A stretch of 64,000 bases of DNA from Savitreella phatthalungensis (Eukaryota). The position numbers were made by a program, and so were the translations under genes. Positions 23,481 to 32,300 of this stretch are shown here, in pieces. Every line of letters starts with the position of its first letter. Positions within the stretch are counted from its first letter, which is position 1. The stretch is from assembly GCA_051599415.1 (NCBI GenBank), contig AP039703.1:62001-126000 (forward strand), written 5' to 3'. Below the pieces are notes generated by a model. The model was not told the origin of the DNA, did no database searches, and saw only the letters and a program-made list of their open reading frames with translations.

Positions 23481-23947
23481 CGATCGCCGTCGTCTCATGA
23501 CACAATCATACCATCCATGGACCAGGATGCAAATCTTTCGTCACTCTGTCCTTGTCAGGCGGATGTGCGTTCGTGATGAACGCGTTGTTTACTTTAGGTC
23601 GAATGCTGTTGATCGACCTTCCCTGACTTCCGTGCGGCGCCCCCCTTGCATTGGTCTGTAAATCTACCGCACCCCGTCGAATTGTTGACCTGGAAGTACT
23701 CCCAAAGCGCTCTAACTATTAACCTTAACTCGCTGAAATTCACTGAGACATCCGAGATTAAATGTATGCATCCATCTTCAAACGCGTTCAACAGGACCGG
23801 CATATGCAGACGCGCTTCATTCGCATCTCAAGAGAATCATCGGCATCGAGCACGTGATGTTTGTAAACAGTCAGACACGGATCGATCTGTCATCGATGTT
23901 TGGCTATGGAAGCTAGCTAGAGATCAGGATGTTTTGTACTTGTCCAT

Positions 23948-25618
23948 TCACGCGTCGGCATCGAGACCTGCGCGAGGGACGGCGCGCTTGGTTTTGCCGG
24001 AGTGTTTGGCCTTGCACTTCTTGATCGAGCTCGTGCTGGCATCACCGCCGCTGCTGGATCCTTCCGCAGCGCTAGCCTTTGCGCTAGGCATGCTATCACC
24101 AACGTCTCCGGCCACCACGGGTGTCAATCCCGAGGACGGCGACGGTGAAGTAGATGACATCGGCATCGCCTTATCGCGGTCGCCTGCGTCTCCCGAGACG
24201 ACCTGAGTTGTGGTGGAGATGCTTGAGGTGACGACGGAGGAGTTGCCTGTGGTTGTGGAGGATGTGATGGTGGTTCCGGAAGAGTCGAAGGTTGATCCGA
24301 TGTCGCCAAACTTGATGTTGGAGTACGTGACCTTGGCGGACCCGTACTTGCCCCTGACGTCGGCCGTCTGACCGCTCTTGACGTCGCATGGACCCCTCGT
24401 CACTCCTGGCGACGCAGCGTCCTTGTCGGCTGGGTACGAGCTGTCGAGCCAGAGCATGCTCTTGATCGTGTCGCTCCAAATACTCATCGCCAGGACGGCA
24501 GGGGTGGCGAGGGATTTGCCCATGGCTTCGAATCCGCCAAATTCATTCGTCGCGTCCCGGTCGCCAAACACCGTCCGCGAGTTCTTGCACAGATCCGGCG
24601 TGAGCGAGTTGCCCTTGACGCCATTGACCTTGGATTCCGAGTTTGGAATCACTTTGCCGTCCTGGACGTAAAATCGCTTAATCTCTTGCAGGGTCTCGCC
24701 GCTGCCGATGAATTGGGTAACGACTGTAATCTTCTTGGTCGTATCGATGGTCTTGCCAGGACCGTAGAAGCTAGGGTCGCCCATCCTGTAGGCGTTGAAG
24801 TCGCAGCCGTCAGGGTCACAGTGCTTGCCGTACCGCTCGGTCGAGTAGGTGCCGCCGCAGTCGGCGTCGCCCTTGCAGACCTCATACGTGGGCGTCTTGC
24901 ACGGGTGGAGTGTGAAGGCGGAAGCCATCTTGTTGGCCTCCCAGATATCCATCTCCGCGCAGCAGCCACCCATCCCACCGACCCCGGAATTCGCGTCGTA
25001 TTTGGACGGGACCCAATCTGCGCTGTTGGCCTTGCCGCCGACGAATTTGGGATCACGGGGACACTGGGAGTCGCAGTAACCTGTGCCTCGGGCTGCGCCT
25101 GCCTGGTTGCTAGGGAACCGCTTCATGCCACCGTCGGCGTCCATGTTGACAAAGTAGAGCGCACCGTTCAGCCCACACTCGAGCTCCGACACATCGACGT
25201 CAAAGGCGAACTCCTTCCCGAGCAGCGTGAACATCTCGTACGTGGCGTTGTCGTGCATGAGGTACAGCCTCGACCCGTAGTTGTTGCCCGTGACGAAGGA
25301 CAAGGTGATTGCGTCTCCGGTGGCGGTGACGCCATACGTGCCCTGGTAGTCAGCTCCGTCGAGCGCACATCCCGTGCACGACTCCTCGTCCGTGCAGTCC
25401 CACTTCTGGCCCGTGTAACAGTTCTTGGACCCGTCTGGGGTATGAAGCCACCGCCAGTTGCTGTCAATCACAACCTCCCCTTTCTGCTTCTCGCATCCGG
25501 CCTTGCTGCACTTCGACCACATCAGCACAGGTCGTGTCTCGGCCTTCTGAGTCCCGAGCACTTGGGCCAACACAACCCCGACAGACGACAGAAGAGCGAT
25601 GAGTCTCGCGTTCACCAT
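23948..25618 (-). CDS. Glycoside hydrolase family 7 cellobiohydrolase (CBH I-like), no CBM1
   Basis: Signal peptide, then Q-start. Motifs [24 protein letters not shown], catalytic [17 protein letters not shown] and MLWLDS. Ser/Thr linker and basic tail. Intronless; TATAAG at 25668-25673. Confidence 0.97.
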   Translation of the reverse strand: MVNARLIALLSSVGVVLAQVLGTQKAETRPVLMWSKCSKAGCEKQKGEVVIDSNWRWLHTPDGSKNCYTGQKWDCTDEESCTGCALDGADYQGTYGVTATGDAITLSFVTGNNYGSRLYLMHDNATYEMFTLLGKEFAFDVDVSELECGLNGALYFVNMDADGGMKRFPSNQAGAARGTGYCDSQCPRDPKFVGGKANSADWVPSKYDANSGVGGMGGCCAEMDIWEANKMASAFTLHPCKTPTYEVCKGDADCGGTYSTERYGKHCDPDGCDFNAYRMGDPSFYGPGKTIDTTKKITVVTQFIGSGETLQEIKRFYVQDGKVIPNSESKVNGVKGNSLTPDLCKNSRTVFGDRDATNEFGGFEAMGKSLATPAVLAMSIWSDTIKSMLWLDSSYPADKDAASPGVTRGPCDVKSGQTADVRGKYGSAKVTYSNIKFGDIGSTFDSSGTTITSSTTTGNSSVVTSSISTTTQVVSGDAGDRDKAMPMSSTSPSPSSGLTPVVAGDVGDSMPSAKASAAEGSSSGGDASTSSIKKCKAKHSGKTKRAVPRAGLDADA

Positions 25619-26533
25619 CCTGCACGAGCGTGCTGTGAGCGCCCGTAGACGCGAGTGGAACGCCCTTCTTATACATACGAGATGTCAGGAGATCCTCGAG
25701 TACACAAAAGCAAGACAAATAGGGATGACTTTGGGCCGCGTGGCCAACTAGCGTGTAATGATGGAGATGTCATCCTCATTTCTTTTGAATTTACGTTCTG
25801 CCATTCGATCTAGGCAATACCATCGCGTGGCCAGGCATGTTGTCCAACAAGTCAGCACACGAGGAAACCCCGATTGGCGAATGACTCAGCATATTCAATA
25901 GATTTGAAAGACTCGCTGACGCTTGTCCACTCGGCATAAGAATGAATCTATCGCCCGTGTTGGGTGTTTTGGAAGACGGATTAGATGGACCACTCATGTC
26001 GTGTAGCTGCAACCAGAAGTGTACCAAACATTGGCATCGCCTGAATTACAGTACCGTTGGAAGTTGACGGTGAAGGAGGAGCTCCAGTGTTGACGCAATG
26101 TAGAAGCGGCCTTCTTGTGACAAACAAAGGTGGCAATTGATTTCCTGGTTTCAGTCTTTTCATCTTTCAGCAGATCCGCTCAGAATAGCGATTTTACATG
26201 TTGGATCAAGGACTATAGTGTGCAGTGGACAGGCAGATCCGACACCGAACGTATCGAACCTCACGAATGGTATGTGGGGAAAACAGCAGGAGTTGTCAAG
26301 ATATTCAATGCCAGTAGGACACAGCATGTGAGGAGACAGACGCGGGCTATACATGTCATAAATTGAGTGAGCACTTAGTCACTTATGGGGAGCGTAAGAT
26401 AGATGCCGACCGGGGAAGAGATGGAGGATGGATAGAGAGAGTGAGCGTAGAAACGCGCCCTTGCGTCTCGTCCTCTTTCTTCCTTTAATGATGTCCGTGA
26501 GGGTGGAAAGACATAAAAGAGGGAAGACTTTGT

Positions 26534-27426
26534 TTATGCCTTTGCGGACTTGGAACGGACCTCGTAGCGGCGCTGCTTCTTGAGCTTCATGACCTGGAAG
26601 CGCTCAAAGTCGGTGAGCTCTGCACGACGCTTGCGAGCGGCAAGCTTCTTGGCCCAAGAGGAAGCCTCCCACTTGGCCTGGACGCCGACCTTCTCGTACA
26701 GCTTGGCGACGACCTTTGAGCCGGCGGAGCGTGGGAGACCCTTGACGACGTAAGGGGTGAGGGTGATGTCGGCGTAGCTGGCCACCTGACGGGGGACACC
26801 GTTGCTGGGACCATCGATCAAGGCACGGTTGTGGTCGATGATCTCGACAATGACGGCCAACTTGCCGGCGTCCTTGCCACCGTTGACCATGACGACGCGG
26901 CCGAGCTCGACGAAACGCTTGAATCCCTCGTTCTGTGAAATGTGTTAGTCTTTTCTGTTCGCGATGATAAGAAAGGTGCACATGATGTGGCCCCTCCACC
27001 GAGACTCATCGTCCATCAGTCTCTCTTTCCTTGTCATGGCTTATTCGAGATACCATCCACAGTGTACACATGCGGTGATACGCGATGCCTTCAGGCTCAA
27101 ATTTTGCTCTGCATGCAGTCCGTCGTCGTAACTAGCCAGGGCGACCAGGAAGTTTGATGTGAGCACTGGTAAGATAAGACGACGGACAGTTGCAGCTTTG
27201 AGTTTATGAAGACAGGTCGCGCGAGTGTGATAAAGGGAAGGTAATTGACCAGGAGCCATCGACGAGAGAGAAAAAGAGAGACTGCGATTGACGATGCCAC
27301 TGCGTATCCTCGTATGCACTGCCTTGCACCCAGCTGAGCTGAGCTGAACTCTGAATTTGGGTGCTTTGGCTGTGTACGTAGGAGGGACCGTCTCGGCTGG
27401 GTAGGGACGATTCTTACCTGAGACAT
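26534..27426 (-). CDS. RPL14: 60S ribosomal protein eL14; join(27418..27426, 26534..26932)
   Basis: Exon 1 is ATG TCT CAG, then a GTAAGA donor (27417); GACTAAC branch point and CAG acceptor (26933). Exon 2 reads NEGFKRFVELGRVVMVNGG...GKLAVIVEIIDHNRALIDGP...LTDFERF, in frame. Confidence 0.96.
27029..27196 (-). ncRNA. Putative intronic box H/ACA snoRNA in the RPL14 intron
   Basis: Hairpin 1 has a perfect GTCCGTCGTC/GACGACGGAC stem. H box AGAGCA at 27110-27105. Hairpin 2 has GGC/GCC and TATCACCGCA/TGTGGATGGTA stems. ACA at 27034-27032. Confidence 0.55.
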
Positions 27427-27764
27427 GACTGTGTATGTGTGTTGATGAAGATGAGCGGAATGACTGATGAAGTGCTCTTGATATGAGTGAGTGTGGGTAA
27501 GTTACTGACTCTCCAGGACGAGGACTACACAGTAAGAGGGCTGGGGTCCGTTGCACGGGTTCGATTGGAAATGAGTGACTTTGTCGATGAGTGCATCTGG
27601 AAATTGAATGAATGGTAAATTTGACCGTGGGAAGATAGTTTTTGTCGGTTGTTGGAGAATTGCACGTGCATAGATGCACAACACTCAATATTTCAATGAA
27701 TAAACCGGCGATGCAGTGGACCGACGTCGTACGGGAGGGAGAGCAGAAAGTTGTGCATCGACCC

Positions 27765-28073
27765 TGAGTCATCCGATATAGACAATTTTGAATCTGATCA
27801 AATGCAATGACATATGTATGTACGTACTGTGGGCAGAATCTTCTGCATTTGAGTCAGCACGTGATTTGCTTGCCAGAACACACATCAATCACGTGATCGC
27901 ACCAAAATTGAATGCAGAGATATGCACGTGACCAGGATATGCGTCATGGGCTCAGCCTCTACCGCCAAGGCCATACAAGTATACCTAGCTCGTTTTGAGT
28001 CAATGAACTCTTCGTTCCTTAGACGCTCCATCTCCGCTTCATACATTTGCGCTTGAATACTCGCCGTGAGTCA
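27765..28073. promoter_or_regulatory. Cluster of 4 TGAGTCA (AP-1/Gcn4-type) and 3 CACGTGA (E-box) sites
   Basis: TGAGTCA at 27765, 27850, 27996 and 28067. CACGTGA at 27858, 27890 and 27925. Confidence 0.6.
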
Positions 28074-28081
28074 TCCAGTCC

Positions 28082-29167
28082 ATGGCGTCTCGGCCACAGC
28101 CACCGCCTCCACCTGGCGCTGCGCCTGCAAAGACCGGCGGCGCGTGGAATACTACAAAGGCCGGCTTCAGGGCAGTTGGCCAGGCTGGCACGGGCTTCCG
28201 CAACGGTGTGAGAAAGCTTGACGACATTTCAATCTCGCGATCGGGCATCTCTACGAAGAAGCAGCTATCTGCTGGCAACGTCTCGTACGATCGTGAGACG
28301 CACGTGGTTGCACCGAAGCAGGACGTCTCTCACTTTGCCCCGCCCCCGAAGAAATTAGTCAACGCTCCAAACTCGTCCTCCACCACGACCAAACCTGCAT
28401 CTGCCGCCGCGCGCTCCACCACAGCCGGCCGCCCGCCACCTCCACCTGCGCCTAAACCGCGTCCGGGCACGACCTCTGGCCGCTCTGTGCCTCCTCCGCC
28501 ACCTGCGCGGTCCGGCGCTTCGCCTGCACCTGCGACCGCTGCCACGCCTCCGCCTGCATACAATGCTGCTGCTGGCGTTGGTGGAGATGGCGTGGGCGGA
28601 TTGACTTCTAGACTCGGTGGTATGAAGATGCCTTCTTCGTCTGAGGTCTCTGGTGGGTTGGCTAGCGCCAGGACGGTCGGTGGCCTGTATGGGAAGTACG
28701 GTGGTTCTGCGACATCTGCAGCCGCCGCTGCCAACAGGGGTGATACTGCAGCAGCCTTCTCTGCTCTCAGAGCTGCTCCCAAACCAACACTGGCAGAAGC
28801 AAAGGCTGGCTACGCAGCCGCCAATAACCTCAACAACCTCCACACCAAGTACGCTGGCACGGCTCCCACAACAGCAACAGCCCAAACACCAGCAGTTGTA
28901 TCACAGGTACCGGTAACAGCTCCAGCCGTGGTAGCTCCGCCTCCGCTGCCAGGGAACAAGCCAGGCGCTCGAGGTGGGTCTGTGAATGAGCGGGTGTGCG
29001 CGTTTGCGTTTGATGCTCAGGCTGCTGGTGATCTGGGTATGCGTGTTGGCGATCGGATTTTGATTCTCGAGCGTACTGATGATGAAGAGGCCTGGTGGCG
29101 AGGTCGCAATTTGACGACTGGTGGGCAGGAAGGTGTCTTCCCTGCAAATTATACCCGCCCAGCATAA
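28082..29167 (+). CDS. Proline-rich protein with C-terminal SH3 domain (likely actin/endocytic adaptor)
   Basis: SH3 signature CAFAFDAQAAGDLGMRVGDRILILERTDDEEAWWRGR...EGVFPANY, polyproline tracts and a PPAY motif. Confidence 0.9.
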   Translation: MASRPQPPPPPGAAPAKTGGAWNTTKAGFRAVGQAGTGFRNGVRKLDDISISRSGISTKKQLSAGNVSYDRETHVVAPKQDVSHFAPPPKKLVNAPNSSSTTTKPASAAARSTTAGRPPPPPAPKPRPGTTSGRSVPPPPPARSGASPAPATAATPPPAYNAAAGVGGDGVGGLTSRLGGMKMPSSSEVSGGLASARTVGGLYGKYGGSATSAAAAANRGDTAAAFSALRAAPKPTLAEAKAGYAAANNLNNLHTKYAGTAPTTATAQTPAVVSQVPVTAPAVVAPPPLPGNKPGARGGSVNERVCAFAFDAQAAGDLGMRVGDRILILERTDDEEAWWRGRNLTTGGQEGVFPANYTRPA

Positions 29168-29305
29168 CACTTTACACTAGTCTTAGTCCTCAACCATATC
29201 TCACGTAGTCATGATCATGCCATTTCCTTCCCACCACCTTGTCAGGCCGTTATCAGGTGGGAGAGCTCTATAATATACATAGTCCGCGTCTCGCAAACGT
29301 GTTGC

Positions 29306-32300
29306 TTAGGAGCCGCGCATGAGGGTGATGAGCGCCGGGAGGTACCTGCAGACGATCGACTCGACGTAGAACGAGTGCTTTGCGGAATGCTCCTTGACGA
29401 GGTTGTGAGCTAGCTCGTGTGCTAAGGTGACAAACCAGTAGATTAGCTGATCGTTGCCTGATGCAGCAAGGGAACCGCCGTCTGGCTTTAATTCAGGCGG
29501 TGCATCGTCCACGTAGTATCTCAAGTTGCAGTAGACCGTACCGGCACGGTTGAATGCGATGCAGGCGCCACCGGTGTCCAGAAAGACGTTTGTTAGTGCT
29601 GCTTGCTGTGGCGAGCCGAGCGGACAGCCAAAGACCTGCGTCGCTAGTGCTTGGAGGAGTAAGGAGAATCGACCTGCGGCTTGACCGTACATGTTGGCAA
29701 ACTCCTTTGCAGGGATGGACGATGTCGACGAGGATGAGTAGAGTCGTGCACCACGAGCACCGTTGTGCGGCGGAGTCGATAGATCCGGTAGGACAAGTGT
29801 TAGTGCCTGCGAGACACTTGCATCGCAGTAATTCTCAGCTTCCCGAACTTGCGTCACCTGAGGTGGCGAGAATAGGGAAGGCTCAGTTGTCGGCGCACGA
29901 AGCGATCGCACGGCGTTGTCAATAGCCCTTTCGACTTGCTCAGCGGTCGCAGGAGGGCCGTTGCCGTCGTCTGTACTGATCTCACTGATGGTCGCTGTCG
30001 GCTGCTCGTGCATCACGCTGGGGTTGATGCCGCCGATCGGCGGCTGATGGAATGCTGGAGGTCGTGTATTCCGAGAGCCAGTACTGCTTCCGCTCGGTAG
30101 TCCCAACCCTTTCCGGATACTCGACAGGAGTCCAAATGATGTTGGTGCTGGACTACTGGGAAATCCACCAGGCATGGACATTTCTCCTCCCTTCGGTGTG
30201 CCTTGCTGTTGCATAGAAGCACTCTTTGCAGCCGAAGCAGCTTGCATGGGTGGCGTTGCAAGAGCCAGCTCTTTCTGTCGTTGCGCTTCCAGTTCGCGCT
30301 CTTGCCTTGCTTGCTCTTCTTGGCGCTCACGCTCTTGACGTTCGTGCTCTTCCTGAATGACCTTTTCCTTGCGCTCGCGCTCGCGCCGTTGTAGAATGCG
30401 GTCGACGTTGAAGCCGCGCTTCTGGAGCGTGCTAACAGACCATTGCAACATCGATGTGAGTAAGAGGTAGTCTCTGGATGTCGGCTGCGATAGTACTATA
30501 TTACATACAGCCTCGGCGACATCATAGTCGTCCGGGTTTGCCGTAACACAGAGGCCCGGACCACTCCTGTCGACAAACGCGGTCACTGGGCTTGTCTTAG
30601 CAACGCGTACACCGCCAAAGACGAGCGTGCGCTGCAATGATAAGCCATCATACTGAACGATGCGTAGCTTCTTTTCAACCCAACGCACATCGCGCGCCGG
30701 GGTCGTGCGATCTGAGTGAAAGAACACCGGCAAGCGCTCGAGCAAGTGCGCTTTGAGTCGCTCGCAGGCATCATTTGTCACTCCAGCACCTCGTACAGTT
30801 GTACGCTCTTGAACGACACTGGAGAGACGCACTGCTCCGAGCGCCGTATACAGGCTTTCGAGCAGGGAGTCCTGTGGGGCAGTCCAGACGTCTTGGCGGA
30901 ACAGCTGAAATTCCACCACAGAATCGACAATGAGGATGTCGCTTGCACGTTGTAGAGAGGTCTGAATACCGGCGCTGACGGTCTCGTCTTGACCAGCTTC
31001 CAGTGCCTTATCATTCCGCTTGTACTTGTCGGCGAGCAGAAATGCGGTATTCGCCATCCGCATCCACAGGGCCTTGTTGCCCTTTACGGCCGAGAGGTCG
31101 CGGGCAATCTGCGCTAGAATGTCGCGGTATTTGTCCTCGGTGCTGCAGAGACGGAAGACATTTGCCGGCTCAGCAACAAGCATCTCTGCAAGTTGTGCGG
31201 TGGTCGGACGATCGCGCACACCGACATTGCGCAGGAAGCTGTTGGCCTGAGGTCCGAAATCAACCATATCAAAGACTTGCTCGTGCCAGGGTTCCGTAGC
31301 TCCGCCACGAAAGAAGGTTTTGGAGGGAGCAGCCAGCTTGACAAGCTTTTCGTTACGGAAGATCGGAATAATCGTCTGCCGAGATATGGCATCTCGGTGA
31401 GACGATGGGGGCATGGCGCTGCCCATCACTGAGCCGAGGACGGCAAATTGCGCCTGAGCCGCGGCGAAAGTCTGGGGCGGCGTGGTGAGCACGATCTCCA
31501 GCATCTTTTCGAACGGAGGCAACGGTGCTATGCCGAGCATAGACGCTTTCGTACCAAGGAGGTCACGTCGTATTGTGTCAAAGCCAAAGACCTCGCAGGC
31601 TGGCATTGTGAAGACATCTCGAGGTGTGCGCAGCTTTCCTGTGCTCGTGGGCACGAAAGCGGTCTTGATCTTGCCAGCATCGTAGGCGGCAGCATAGCCA
31701 TAGACGTTGAAATTGGTCAGCAAGTAAGCAAGAGCGCGTTCTCGCAGCTGTTCGTCCTTCGGATGGGCACAGAGCTGAAGGAGGACAGCCAGGGTGGGGA
31801 AGCGCTTCAGTCCAAGCTCGAAGAGCAGGTTGGCCTCGGTCGATAGCGGTCGCCACCTGTCCGCAGGCCAAGCCAGGACGGGTAGATTGAGTGATCTCAA
31901 GGTATCGTTTGGCTCATATAACTGAACGACTGATCGTTTGGTCGTGTCTGCACCTTCTGCAGCTGCGAAGGGGGCAGATCGGAGACGTTCGACATCCTTT
32001 GCAGGCATGTCACGCCGAACGGATGCGAGGTATTGAACGAGGTCAATGGCGCTCCATTTCCCGCCCTGACTCAGCTTATCAAAGATGATGTCAAGTTCTA
32101 TCGTCTTGCGAACGCCAAGCTGGACCAGGAATTTCTCCTTCACGCCTTTGAGATTCCCAATGACTGGCAGATCATCGAAGCCACGTATCAAGTAGAGGTA
32201 GGTCTGACTCGGCTTGAGCATGCCGTGATTGCGGGTTGGGATGCACGTCTTGTCCTGAAGGAGCTGGATGGCACGATCGCGTTCATCCTTACCCATTGAG

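Noticed and set aside
24686..25648. 320-aa plus-strand ORF antisense to GH7 (likewise 59311-60123, 20528-21166, 46835-47401 and many others)
   Set aside because: Shadow or alternative-frame ORFs expected from GC-rich, biased codon usage of the real gene; no recognisable motifs.
27041..27772. 243-aa minus-strand ORF overlapping the RPL14 5' region
   Set aside because: Spans the RPL14 promoter, exon 1 and intron; composition is not protein-like.
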